DNA of 64,000 nucleotides from the human T2T-CHM13v2.0 reference genome, Homo sapiens, in NCBI RefSeq assembly GCF_009914755.1, contig NC_060943.1; one strand, written 5' to 3'. Shown here piece after piece: positions 37,281 through 51,599 of this stretch. The notes below the pieces were generated by a model. That model was not told where the DNA came from and did no database searches. It worked only from the letters and a program-made list of their open reading frames with translations. The position numbers and the translations under genes are program-made. Numbering within the stretch: the stretch's first letter is position 1; every line of letters begins with the position of its first letter.

Positions 37281-40200
37281 AGAAACTCCTTTGTGATGTG
37301 TGCATTCAACTCACAGAGTTTAACCTTTCTTTTCATAGAGCAATTAGGAAACACTCTGTTTGTAAAGTCTGCAAGTGGATATTCAGACCTCCTTGAGGCC
37401 TTCGTTGGAAACGGGATTTCTTCATATTATGCTAGACAGAAGAATTCTCAGTAACTTCCTTGTGTTGTGTGTATTCAACTCACAGAGTTGAACGATCCTT
37501 TACACAGAGCAGACTTGAAACACTCTTTTTGTGGAATTTGCAAGTGGAGATTTCAGCCGCTTTGAGTTCAATGTTAGAATAGGAAATATCTTCCTATGGA
37601 AACTAGACAGAATGATTCTCAGAAACTCCTTTGTGATGTGTGCGTTCAACTCACAGAGTTCAACCTTTCTTTTCATAGAGCAGTTGGGAAACACTCTGTT
37701 TGTAAAGTCTGCAAGTGGATATTCAGACTTCTTTGAGGCCTTCGTTGGAAGCGGGATTTCTTCATATTCTGCTAGACAGAAGAATTCTCAGTAACTTCCT
37801 TGTGTTGTGTGTATTCAACTCACAGAGTTGAACGATCCTTTACACAGAGCAGACTTGAAACACTCTTTTTGTGGAATTTGCAAGTGGAGATTTCAGCCGC
37901 TTTGAGGTCAATGGTAGAATAGGAAATATCTTCCTATAGAAACTAGACAGAATGATTCTCAGAAACTCCTTTGTGATGTGTGCGTTCAACTCACAGAGTT
38001 TAACCTTTCTTTTCATAGAGCAGTTAGGAAACACTCTGTTTGTAAAGACTGCAAGTGGATATTCAGACATCCTTGAGGCTTTCGTTGGAAACGGGATTTC
38101 TTCATATTCTGCTAGAAAGAAGAATTCTCAGTAACTTCCTTGTGTTGTGTGTATTCAACTCACAGAGTTGAACGATCCTTTACACAGAGCAGACTTGAAA
38201 GACTCTTTTTGTGGAATTTGCAAGTGGAGATTTCAGCCGCTTTGAGGTCAATGGTAGAATAGGAAATATCTTCCTATAGAAAGTAGACAGAATGATTCTC
38301 AGAAACTCCTTTGTGATGTGTGCGTTCAACTCACAGAGTTTAACCTTTCTTTTCATAGAGCAGTTAGGAAACACTCTGTTTGTAAAGTCTGCAAGTGGAT
38401 ATTCAGACAGGTTTGAGGCCTTCGTTGGAAACGGGATTTCTTCATGTTCTGCTAGACAGAAGGATTCTCAGAAACTTCCTTGTGTTGTGTGTTTTCAACT
38501 CACAGAGTTGAACGATGCTTTACACAGAGTAGACTTGAAACACTCTTTTTGTGTAATTTGCAAGTGGAGATTTCAGCCGCTTTGAGGTCAATGGTAGAAA
38601 AGGAAATACCTTCGTATAAAAACTAGACAGAATGATTCTCAGAAACTCCTTTGTGATGTGTGCGTTCAACTCACAGAGTTTAACCTTTCTTTTCATAGAG
38701 CAGTTAGGAAACACTCTGTTTATAAAGTCTGCAAGTGGATATTCAGACCTCCTTGAGGCCTTCGTTGGAAACGGGATTTCTTCATATTATGCTAGACAGA
38801 AGAATTCTCAGTAACTTCCTTGTGTTGTGTGTATTCAACTCACAGAGTTGAACGATCCTTTACACAGAGCAGACTTGAAACACTCTTTTTGTGGAATTTG
38901 CAAGTGGAGATTTCAGCCTCTTTGAGGTCAATGGTAGAATAGGAAATATCTTCATACAGAAACTAGACAGAATGATTCTCAGAAACTCCTTTGTGATGTG
39001 TGCGTTCAACTCACACAGTTTAACCTTTCTTTTCATAGAGCAGTTAGGAAACACTCTGTTTGTAAAGTCTGCAAGTGGATATTCAGATCTCCTTGAGGCA
39101 TTCGTTGGAAACGGGATTTCTTCATATTATGCTAGACAGAAGAATTCTCAGTAACTTCCTTGTGTTGTGTGTATTCAACTCACAGAGTTGAACGATCCTT
39201 TACACAGAGCAGACTTGAAACACTCTTTTTGTGGAATTTGCAAGTGGAGATTTCAGCCGCTTTGAGTTCAATGGTAGAATAGGAAATATCTTCCTATAGA
39301 AACTAGACAGAATGATTCTCAGAAACTCCTTTGTGATGTGTGCGTTCAACTCACAGAGTTCAACCTTTCTTTTCATAGAGCAGTTGGGAAACACTCTGTT
39401 TGTAAAGTCTGCAAGTGGATATTCAGACTTCTTTGAGGCCTTCGTTGGAAGCGGGATTTCTTCATGTTCTGCTAGACAGAAGAATTCTCAGAAACTTCCT
39501 TGTGTTGTGTGTTTTCAACTCACAGAGTTGAACGATCCTTTACACAGAGCAGACTTGAAACACTCCTTTTGTGGAATTTGCAAGTGGAGATTTCAGCCGC
39601 TTTGAGGTCAATGGTAGAATAGGAAATATCTTCCTATAGAAACTAGACAGAATGATTCTGAGAAACTCCTTTCTGATGTGTGCGTTCAACTCACAGAGTT
39701 TAACCTTTCTTTTCATAGAGCAGTTAGGAAACACTCTGTTGGTAAAGTCTGCAAGTGGATATTCAGACCTCCTTGAGGCCTTCGTTGGAAACGGGATTTC
39801 TTCATATTATGCTAGACAGAAGAATTCTCAGTAACTTCCTTGTGTTGTGTGTATTCAACTCACAGAGTTGAACGATCCTTTACACAGAGCAGACTTGAAA
39901 CACTCTTTTTGTGGAATTTGCAAGTGGAGATTTCAGCCGCTTTGAGTTCAATGGTAGAATAGGAAATATCTTCCTATAGAAACTACACAGAATGATTCTC
40001 AGAAACTCCTTTGTGATGTGTGCGTTCAACTCACAGAGTTCAACCTTTCTTTTCATAGAGCAGTTGGGAAACACTCTGTTTGTAAAGTCTGCAAGTGGAT
40101 ATTCAGACTTCTTTGAGGCCTTCGTTGGAAGCGGGATTTCTTCTTATTCTGCTAGACAGAAGAATTCTCAGTAACTTCCTTGTGTTGTGTGTATTCTACT

Positions 40201-42479
40201 CACAGAGTTGAACGATCCTTTACACACAGCAGACTTGAAACACTCTTTTTGTGGAAATTGCAAGTGGAGATTTCAGCCGCTTTGAGGTCAATGGTAGAAT
40301 AGGAAATATCTTCCTATAGAAACTAGACAGAATGATTCTCAGAAACTCCTTTGTGATGTGTGCGTTCAACTCACAGAGTTTAACCTTTCTTTTCATAGAG
40401 CAGTTAGGAAACACTCTGTTTGTAAAGTCTGCAAGTGGATATTCAGATATCCTTGAGGCTTTCGTTGCAAACGGGATTTCTTCATATTCTGCTAGAAAGA
40501 AGAATTCTCAGTAACTTCCTTGTGTTGTGTGTATTCAACTCACAGAGTTGAACGATCCTTTACACAGAGCAGACTTGAAACACTCTTTTTGTGGAATTTG
40601 CAAGTGGAGATTTCAGCCGCTTTGAGGTCAATGGTAGAATAGGAAATATCTTCCTATAGAAACTAGGCAGAATGATTCTCAGAAACTCCTTTGTGATGTG
40701 TGCGTTCAACTCACAGAGTTTAACCTTTCTTTTCATAGAGCAGTTAGGAAACTCTCTGTTTGTAAAGTCTGCAAGTGGATATTCAGACCTCCTTGAGGCC
40801 TTCGTTGGAAACGGGATTTCTTCCTATTATGCTAGACAGAAGAATTCTCAGTAACTTCCTTGTGTTGTGTGTATTCAACTCACAGAGTTGAACGATCCTT
40901 TACACAGAGCAGACTTCAAACACTCTTTTTGTGGAATTTGCAAGTGGAGATTTCAGCCGCTTTGAGTTCAGTGGTAGAATAGGAAATATCTTCCTATAGA
41001 AACTAGACAGAATGATTCTCAGAAACTCCTTTGTGATGTGTGCGTTCAACTCACAGAGTTCAACCTTTCTTTTCATAGAGCAGTTGGGAAACACTCTGTT
41101 TGAAAAGTCTGCAAGTGGATATTCAGACTTCTTTGAGGCCTTCGTTGGAAGCGGGATTTCTTCATGTTCTGCTAGACAGAAGAATTCTCAGAAACTTCCT
41201 TGTGTTGTGTGTTTTCAACTCACAGAGTTGAACGATCCTTTACACAGAGCAGACTTGAAACTCTCTTTTTGTGGAATTTGCAAGTGGAGATTTCAGCCGC
41301 TTTGAGTTCAATGGTAGAATAGGAAATATCTTCCTATAGAAACTAGACAGAATGATTCTCAGAAACTCCTTTGTGATGTGTGCGTTCAACTCACAGAGTT
41401 CAACCTTTCTTTTCATAGAGCAGTTGGGAAACACTCTGTTTGTAAAGTCTGCAAGTGGATATTCAGACTTCTTTGAGGCCTTCGTTGGAAGCGGGATTTC
41501 TTCATATTCTGCTAGACAGAAGAATTCTCAGAAACTTCCTTGTGTTGTGTGTATTCAACTCACAGAGTTGAACGATCCTTTACACAGAGCAGACTTGAAA
41601 CACTCTTTTTGTGGAATTTGCAAGTGGAGATTTCAGCCGCTTTGAGGTCAATGGTAGAATAGGAAATATCTTCCTATAGAAACTAGACAGAATGATTCTC
41701 AGAAACTCCTTTGTGATGTGTGCGTTCAACTCACAGAGTTTAACCTTTCTTTTCATAGAGCAGTTAGGAAACACTCTGTTTGTAAAGTCTGCAAGTGGAT
41801 ATTCAGACCTCCTTGAGGCATTCGTTGGAAACGGGATTTGTTCATGTTATGCTAGACAGAAGAATTCTCAGTAACTTCCTTGTGTTGTGTGTATTCAACT
41901 CACAGAGTTGAACGATCCTTTACACAGAGCAGACTTGAAACACTCTTTTTGTGGAATTTGCAAGTGGAGATTTCAGCCGCTTTTAGTTCAATGGTAGAAT
42001 AGGAAATATCTTCCTATAGAAACTAGACAGAATGATTCTCAGAAACTCCTTTGTGATGTGTGCGTTCAACTCAGAGTTCAACCTTTCTTTTCATAGAGCA
42101 GTTGGGAAACACTCTGTTGGTAAAGTCTGCAAGTGGATATTCAGACTTCTTTGAGGCCTTCGTTGGAAGCGGGATTTCTTCATATTCTGCTAGACAGAAG
42201 AATTCTCAGTAACTTCCTTGTGTTGTGTGTATTCAACTCACAGAGTTGAACGATCCTTTACACAGAGCAGACTTGAAACACTCTTTTTGTGGAATTTGCA
42301 AGTGGAGATTTCAGCCGCTTTGAGGTCAATGGTAGAATAGGAAATATCTTCCTATAGAAACTAGACAGAATGATTCTGAGAAACTCCTTTGTGATGTGTG
42401 CGTTCAACTCACAGAGTTTAACCTTTCTTTTCATAGAGCAGTTAGGAAACACTCTGTTTGTAAAGTCTGCAAGTGGATA

Positions 42480-45400
42480 TTCAGACCTCCTTGGGGCCTT
42501 CGTTGGAAACGGGATTTCTTCATATGATGCTAGACAGAAGAATTCTCAGTAACTTCCTTGTGTTGTGTGTATTCAACTCACAGAGTTGAACGATCCTTTA
42601 CACAGAGCAGACATGAAACACTCTTTTTGTGGAATTTGAAAGTGGAGATTTCAGCCGCTTTGAGTTCAATGGTAGAATAGGAAATATCTTCCTATGGAAA
42701 CTACACAGAATGATTCTCAGAAACTCCTTTGTGATGTGTGCGTTCAACTCACAGAGTTCAACCTTTCTTTTCATAGACCAGTTGGGAAACACTCTGTTTG
42801 TAAAGTCTGCAAGTGGATATTCAGACTTCTTTGAGGCCTTCGTTGGAAGCGGGATTTCTTCATATTCTGCTAGACAGAAGAATTCTCACTAACTTCCTTG
42901 TGTTGTGTGTATTCAACTCACAGAGTTGAACAATCCTTTACACAGAGCAGACTTGAAACACTCTTTTTGTGGAATTTGCAAGTGGAGATTTCAGCCGCTT
43001 TGAGGTCAATGGTAGAATAGGAAATATCTTCCTATAGAAACTAGACAGACTGATTGTCAGAAACTCCTTTGTGATGTGTGCGTTCAACTCACAGAGTTTA
43101 ACCTTTCTTTTCATAGAGCAGTTAGGAAACACTCTGTTTGTAAAGTCTGCAAGTGGATATTCAGACATCCTTGAGGCCTTCGTTGGAAGCGGGATTTCTT
43201 CATGTTCTGCTAGACAGAAGATTTCTCAGAAACTTCCTTGTGTTGTGTGTTTTCAACTCACAGAGTTGAACGATGCTTTACACAGAGTAGACTTGAAACA
43301 CTCTTTTTGAGTAATTTGCAAGTGGAGATTTCAGCCGCTTTGAGGTCAATGGTAGAAAAGGAAATATCTTCGTATAAAAACTAGACAGAATGATTCTCAG
43401 AAACTCCTTTGTGATGTGTGCGTTCAACTCACAGAGTTCAACCTTTCTTTTCATAGAGCAGTTGGGAAACACTCTGTTTGTAAAGTCTGCAAGTGGATAT
43501 TCAGACATCTTTGAGGCTTTCGTTGGAAACGGGATTTCTTCATATTCTGCTAGACAGAAGAATTCTCAGAAACTTCGTTGTGTTGTGTGTTTTCAACTCA
43601 CAGAGTTCAAAGATCCTTTACACAGAGTAGACTTGAAACACTCTTTTTGTGGAATTGGCAGGGTGGAGATTTCAGCCGCTTTGAGGTCAATGGTAGAAAA
43701 GGAAATATCTTCGTATAAAAACTAGACAGAGTGATTCTCAGAAACTCCTTTGTGATGTCTGCGTTCAACTCACAGAGTTTAACCTTTCTTTTCATAGAGC
43801 AGTTAGGAAACACTCTGTTTGTAAAGTCTGCAAGTGGATATTCAGACCTCCTTGAGGCCTTCGTTGGAAACGGGATTTCTTCATATTCTGCTATACAGAA
43901 GAATTCTCAGAAACTTCCTTGTGTTGTGTGTATTCAACTCACAGAGTTGAACGATCGTTTACACAGAGCAGACTTGAGACACTCTTTTTGTGGAATTTGT
44001 AAGTGGAGATTTCAGCCTCTTTGAGGTCAATGTTAGAAAAGGAAATATCTTCATATAAAAACTAGACAGAATGATTCTCAGAAACTCCTTTGTGATGTGT
44101 GCGTTCAACTCACAGAGTTTAACCTTTCTTTTCATAGAGCAGTTAGGAAACACTCTGTTTGTAAAGTCTGCAAGTGGATATTCAGACCTCCTTGAGGCCT
44201 TCGTTGGAAACGGGATTTCTTCCTATTATGCTAGACAGAAGAATTCTCAGTAACTTCCTTGTGTTGTGTGTATTCAACTCACAGAGTTGAACGATCCTTT
44301 ACACAGAGCAGACTTGAAACACTCTTTTTGTGGAATTTGCAAGTGGAGATTTCAGCCGCTTTGAGGTCAATGGTAGAATAGGAAATATCTTCCTATAGAA
44401 ACTAGACAGAATGATTCTCAGAAACTCCTTTGTGATGTGTGCGTTCAACTCACAGAGTTTAACCTTTCTTTTCATAGAGCAGTTAGGAAACACTCAGTTT
44501 GTAAAGTCTGCAAGTGGATATTCAGACCTCCTTGAGGCTTTCGTTGGAAACGGGATTTCTTCATATTCTGCAAGAAAGAAGAATCCTCAGTAACTTCCTT
44601 GTGTTGTGTGTATTCAACTCACAGAGTTGAACCATCCTTTACACAGAGCAGACTTGAAACACTCTTTTTGTGGAATTTGCAAGTGGAGATTTCAGCCGCT
44701 TTGAGGTCAATGGTAGAATAGGAAATATCTTCCTATAGAAACTAGACAGAATGATTCTCAGAAACTCCTTTGTGATGTGTGCGTTCAACTCACAGAGTTT
44801 AACCTTTCTTTTCATAGAGCAGTTAGGAAACACTCTGTTTGTAAAGTCTGCAAGTGGATATTCAGACATCCTTGAGGCTTTCGTTGGAAACGGGATTTCT
44901 TCATATTCTGCTAGAAAGAAGAATTCTCAGTAACTTCCTTGTGTTGTGTGTATTCAACTCACAGAGTTGAACGATCCTTTACACAGAGCAGACTTGAAAC
45001 ACTCTTTTTGTGGAATTTGCAAGTGGAGATTTCAGCCGCTTTGAGGTCAATGGTAGAATAGGAAATATCTTCCTATAGAAACTAGACAAAATGATTCTCA
45101 GAAACTCCTTTGTGATGTGTGCGTTCAACTCACAGAGTTTAACCTTACTTTTAATAGAGCAGTTAGGAAACACTCTGTTTGTAAAGTCTGCAAGTGGATA
45201 TTCAGACATCTTTGAGGCCTTCGTTGGAAACGGGATTTCTTCATGTTCTGCTAGACAGAAGAATTCTCAGAAACTTCCTTGTGTTGTGTGTTTTCAACTC
45301 ACAGAGTTGAACGATGCTTTACACAGAGTAGACTTGAAACACTCTTTTTGTGTAATTTGCAAGTGGAGATTTCAGCCGCTTTGAAGTCAATGGTAGAAAA

Positions 45401-48400
45401 GGAAATATCTTCGTATAAAAACTAGGCAGAATGATTCTCAGAAACTCCTTTGTGATGTGTGCGTTCAACTCACAGAGTTTAACCTTTCTTTTCATAGAGC
45501 AGTTAGGAAACACTCTGTTTGTAAAGTCTGCAAGTGGATATTCAGACCTCTTTGAGGCCTTCGTTGGAAACGGGATTTCTTCATATTCTGCTAGAGAGAA
45601 GAATTCTCAGTAACTTCATTGTGTTGTGTGTATTCAACTCACAGAGTTGAACGATCCTTTACACAGAGCAGACTTGAAACACTCTTTTTGTGGAAATTGC
45701 AAGTGGAGATTTCAGCCGCTTTGAGGTCAATGGTAGAAAAGGAAATATCTTCGTATACAAACTAGACAGAATGATTCTCAGAAACTCCTTTGTGATGTGT
45801 GCGTTCAACTCACAGAGTTTAACCTTTCTTTTCATAGAGCAGTTAGGAAACACTCTGTTTGTAAAGTCTGCAAGTGGATATTCAGACCTCCTTGAGGCCT
45901 TCGTTGGAAACGGGATTTCTTCATATTATGTTAGACAGAAGAATTCTCAGTAACTTCCTGGTGTTGTGTGTATTCAACTCACAGAGTTGAACGATCCTTT
46001 ACACAGAGCAGACTTGAAACACTCTTTTTGTGGAATTTGCAAGTGGAGATTTCAGCCGCTTTGAGGTCAATGGTAGAATAGGAAATATCTTCCTATAGAA
46101 ACTAGACACAATGATTCTGAGAAACTCCTTTGTGATGTGTGCGTTCAACTCACACAGTTTAACCTTTCTTTTCATAGAGCAGTTAGGAAACACTCTGTTT
46201 GTAAAGTCTGCAAGTGGATATTCAGACCTCCTTGAGGGCTTCGTTGGAAACGGGATTTCTTCATATTATGCTAGACAGAAGAATTCTCAGTAACTTCCTT
46301 GTGTTGTGTGTATTCAACTCACAGAGTTGAACGATCCTTTACACAGAGCAGACTTGAAACACTCTTTTTGTGAAATTTGCAAGTGGAGATTTCAGCCGCT
46401 TTGTGGTCAATGGTAGAATAGGAAATATCTTCCTATAGAAACTAGACAGAATGATTCTCAGAAACTCCTTTGTGATGTGTGCGTCCAACTCACAGAGTTT
46501 AACCTTCCTTTTCATAGAGCCGTTAGGAAACACTCTGTTTGTAAAGTCTGCAAGTGGATATTCAGACCTCCTTGAGGCCTTCGTTGGAAACGGGATTTCT
46601 TCATATGATGCTAGACAGAAGAATTCTCAGTAACTTCCTTGTGTTGTGTGTATTCAACTCACAGAGTTGAACGATCCTTTACACAGAGCAGACATGAAAC
46701 ACTCTTTTTGTGGAATTTGAAAGTGGAGATTTCAGCCGCTTTGAGTTCAATGGTAGAATAGGAAATATCTTCCTATAGAAACTACACAGAATGATTCTCA
46801 GAAACTCCTTTGTGATGTGTGCGTTCAACTCACAGAGTTCAACCTTTCTTTTCATAGACCAGTTGGGAAACACTCTGTTTGTAAAGTCTGCAAGTGGATA
46901 TTCAGACTTCTTTGAGGCCTTCGTTGGAAGCGGGATTTCTTCATATTCTGCTAGACAGAAGAATTCTCACTAACTTCCTTGTGTTGTGTGTATTCAACTC
47001 ACAGAGTTGAACGATCCTTTACACAGAGCAGACTTGAAACACTCTTTTTGTGGAATTTGCAAGTGGAGATTTCAGCCGCTTTGAGGTCAATGGTAGAATA
47101 GGAAATATCTTCCTATAGAAACTAGACAGACTGATTGTCAGAAACTCCTTTGTGATGTGTGCGTTCAACTCACAGAGTTTAACCTTTCTTTTCATAGAGC
47201 AGTTAGGAAACACTCTGTTTGTAAAGTCTGCAAGTGGATATTCAGACATCCTTGAGGCCTTCGTTGGAAGCGGGATTTCTTCATGTTCTGCTAGACAGAA
47301 GAATTCTCAGAAACTTCCTTGTGTTGTGTGTTTTCAACTCACAGAGTTGAACGATGCTTTACACAGAGTAGACTTGAAACACTCTTTTTGAGTAATTTGC
47401 AAGTGGAGATTTCAGCCGCTTTGAGGTCAATGGTAGAAAAGGAAATATCTTCGTATAAAAACTAGACAGAATGATTCTCAGAAACTCCTTTGTGATGTGT
47501 GCGTTCAACTCACAGAGTTCAACCTTTCTTTTCATAGAGCAGTTGGGAAACACTCTGTTTGTAAAGTCTGCAAGTGGATATTCAGACATCTTTGAGGCTT
47601 TCGTTGGAAACGGGATTTCTTCATATTCTGCTAGACAGAAGAATTCTCAGAAACTTCGTTGTGTTGTGTGTTTTCAACTCACAGAGTTCAACGATCCTTT
47701 ACACAGAGTAGACTTGAAACACTCTTTTTGTGGAATTGGCAGGGTGGAGATTTCAGCCGCTTTGAGGTCAATGGTAGAAAAGGAAATATCTTCGTATAAA
47801 AACTAGACAGAGTGATTCTCAGAAACTCCTTTGTGATGTCTGCGTTCAACTCACAGAGTTTAACCTTTCTTTTCATAGAGCAGTTAGGAAACACTCTGTT
47901 TGTAAAGTCTGCAAGTGGATATTCAGACCTCCTTGAGGCCTTCGTTGGAAACGGGATTTCTTCATATTCTGCTATACAGAAGAATTCTCAGAAACTTCCT
48001 TGTGTTGTGTGTATTCAACTCACAGAGTTGAACGATCGTTTACACAGAGCAGACTTGAGACACTCTTTTTGTGGAATTTGTAAGTGGAGATTTCAGCCTC
48101 TTTGAGGTCAATGGTAGAAAAGGAAATATCTTCATATAAAAACTAGACAGAATGATTCTCAGAAACTCCTTTGTGATGTGTGCGTTCAACTCACAGAGTT
48201 TAACCTTTCTTTTCATAGAGCAGTTAGGAAACACTCTGTTTGTAAAGTCTGCAAGTGGATATTCAGACCTCCTTGAGGCCTTCGTTGGAAACGGGATTTC
48301 TTCCTATTATGCTAGACAGAAGAATTCTCAGTAACTTCCTTGTGTTGTGTGTATTCAACTCACAGAGTTGAACGATCCTTTACACAGAGCAGACTTGAAA

Positions 48401-50640
48401 CACTCTTTTTGTGGAATTTGCAAGTGGAGATTTCAGCCGCTTTGAGGTCAATGGTAGAATAGGAAATATCTTCCTATAGAAACTAGACAGAATGATTCTC
48501 AGAAACTCCTTTGTGATGTGTGCGTTCAACTCACAGAGTTTAACCTTTCTTTTCATAGAGCAGTTAGGAAACACTCAGTTTGTAAAGTCAGCAAGTGGAT
48601 ATTCAGACCTCCTTGAGGCTTTCGTTGGAAACGGGATTTCTTCATATTCTGCAAGAAAGAAGAATCCTCAGTAACTTCCTTGTGTTGTGTGTATTCAACT
48701 CACAGAGTTGAACCATCCTTTACACAGAGCAGACTTGAAACACTCTTTTTGTGGAATTTGCAAGTGGAGATTTCAGCCGCTTTGAGGTCAATGGTAGAAT
48801 AGGAAATATCTTCCTATAGAAACTAGACAGAATGATTCTCAGAAACTCCTTTGTGATGTGTGCGTTCAACTCACAGAGTTTAACCTTTCTTTTCATAGAG
48901 CAGTTAGGAAACACTCTGTTTGTAAAGTCTGCAAGTGGATATTCAGACATCCTTGAGGCTTTCGTTGGAAACGGGATTTCTTCATATTCTGCTAGAAAGA
49001 AGAATTCTCAGTAACTTCCTTGTGTTGTGTGTATTCAACTCACAGAGTTGAACGATCCTTTACACAGAGCAGACTTGAAACACTCTTTTTGTGGAATTTG
49101 CAAGTGGAGATTTCAGCCGCTTTGAGGTCAATGGTAGAATAGGAAATATCTTCCTATAGAAACTAGACAAAATGATTCTCAGAAACTACTTTGTGATGTG
49201 TGCGTTCAACTCACAGAGTTTAACCTTACTTTTAATAGAGCAGTTAGGAAACACTCTGTTTGTAAAGTCTGCAAGTGGATATTCAGACATCTTTGAGGCC
49301 TTCGTTGGAAACGGGATTTCTTCATGTTCTGCTAGACAGAAGAATTCTCAGAAACTTCCTTGTGTTGTGTGTTTTCAACTCACAGAGTTGAACGATGCTT
49401 TACACAGAGTAGACTTGAAACACTCTTTTTGTGTAATTTGCAAGTGGAGATTTCAGCCGCTTTGAAGTCAATGGTAGAAAAGGAAATATCTTCGTATAAA
49501 AACTAGGCAGAATGATTCTCAGAAACTCCTTTGTGATGTGTGCGTTCAACTCACAGAGTTTAACCTTTCTTTTCATAGAGCAGTTAGGAAACACTCTGTT
49601 TGTAAAGTCTGCAAGTGGATATTCAGACCTCTTTGAGGCCTTCGTTGGAAACGGGATTTCTTCATATTCTGCTAGAGAGAAGAATTCTCAGTAACTTCAT
49701 TGTGTTGTGTGTATTCAACTCACAGAGTTGAACGATCCTTTACACAGAGCAGACTTGAAACACTCTTTTTGTGGAAATTGCAAGTGGAGATTTCAGCCGC
49801 TTTGAGGTCAATGGTAGAAAAGGAAATATCTTCGTATACAATCTAGACAGAATGATTCTCAGAAACTCCTTTGTGATGTGTGCGTTCAACTCACAGAGTT
49901 TAACCTTTCTTTTCATAGAGCAGTTAGGAAACACTCTGTTTGTAAAGTCTGCAAGTGGATATTCAGACCTCCTTGAGGCCTTCGTTGGAAACGGGATTTC
50001 TTCATATTATGTTAGACAGAAGAATTCTCAGTAACTTCCTGGTGTTGTGTGTATTCAACTCACAGAGTTGAACGATCCTTTACACAGAGCAGACTTGAAA
50101 CACTCTTTTTGTGGAATTTGCAAGTGGAGATTTCAGCCGCTTTGAGGTCAATGGTAGAATAGGAAATATCTTCCTATAGAAACTAGACACAATGATTCTG
50201 AGAAACTCCTTTGTGATGTGTGCGTTCAACTCACACAGTTTAACCTTTCTTTTCATAGAGCAGTTAGGAAACACTCTGTTTGTAAAGTCTGCAAGTGGAT
50301 ATTCAGACCTCCTTGAGGGCTTCGTTGGAAACGGGATTTCTTCATATTATGCTAGACAGAAGAATTCTCAGTAACTTCCTTGTGTTGTGTGTATTCAACT
50401 CACAGAGTTGAACGATCCTTTACACAGAGCAGACTTGAAACACTCTTTTTGTGAAATTTGCAAGTGGAGATTTCAGCCGCTTTGTGGTCAATGGTAGAAT
50501 AGGAAATATCTTCCTATAGAAACTAGACAGAATGATTCTCAGAAACTCCTTTGTGATGTGTGCGTTCAACTCACAGAGTTTAACCTTCCTTTTCATAGAG
50601 CCGTTAGGAAACACTCTGTTTGTAAAGTCTGCAAGTGGAT
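42480..50640 (+). repeat. Near-perfect tandem duplication of 4081 bp (12 dimers, 24 monomers)
   Basis: More than 15 rare variants recur at +4081: CATATGATGC, GACATGAAA, GAATTTGAAAG, TCTCACT, ACTGATTGTCAG, GCAAGAAAGAAGAATCC, TTACTTTTAATAG, ACTAGGCAG, TATGTTAG, CCTGGTG, GAGGGCT, CCTTCCTTT, GAGCCGTT. Confidence 0.95.
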
Positions 50641-51599
50641 ATTCAGACCTCCTTGAGGCCTTCGTTGGAAACGGGATTTCTTCATATTATGCTAGACAGA
50701 AGAATTCTCAGTAACTTCCTTGTGTTGTGTGTATTCAACTCACAGAGTTGAACGATCCTTTACACAGAGCAGACTTGAAACACTCTTTTTGTGGAATTTG
50801 CAAGTGGAGATTTCAGCCGCTTTGAGTTCAATGGTAGAATAAGAAATATCTTCCTATAGAAACTAGACAGAATGATTCTCAGAAACTCCTTTGTGATGTG
50901 TGCGTTCAACTCACAGAGGTCAACCTTTCTTTTCATAGAGCAGTTGGGAAACACTCTGTTTGTAAAGTCTGCAAGTGGATATTCAGACTTCTTTGAGGCC
51001 TTCGTTGGAAGCGGGATTTCTTCATATTCTGCTAGACAGAAGAATTCTCAGTAACTTCCTTGTGTTGTGTGTATTCAACTCACAGTGTTGAACGATACTT
51101 TACACCGAGCAGACTTGAAACACTCTTTTTGTGGAATTTGCCAGTGGAGATTTCAGCCGCTTTGAGGTCAATGGTAGAATAGGAAATATCTTCCTATAGA
51201 AACTAGACAGAATGATTCTCAGAAACTCCTTTGTGATGTGTGCGTTCAACTCACAGAGTTTAACCTTTCTTTTCATAGAGCAGTTAGGAAACACTCTGTT
51301 TGTAAAGTCTGCAAGTGGATATTCAGACATCCTTGAGGCTTTCGTTGGAAACGGGATTTCTTCATATTCTGCTAGAAAGAAGAATTCTCAGTAACTTCCT
51401 TGTGTTGTGTGTATTCAACTCACAGAGTTGAATGATCCTTTACACAGAACAGTCTTGAAACACTCTTTTTGTGGAATTTGCAAGTGGAGATTTCAGCCGC
51501 TTTGAGGTCAATGGTAGAATAGGAAATATCTTCCTATAGAAACTAGACAGAATGATTCTCAGAAACTCCTTTGTGATGTGTGCGTTCAACTCACAGAGT

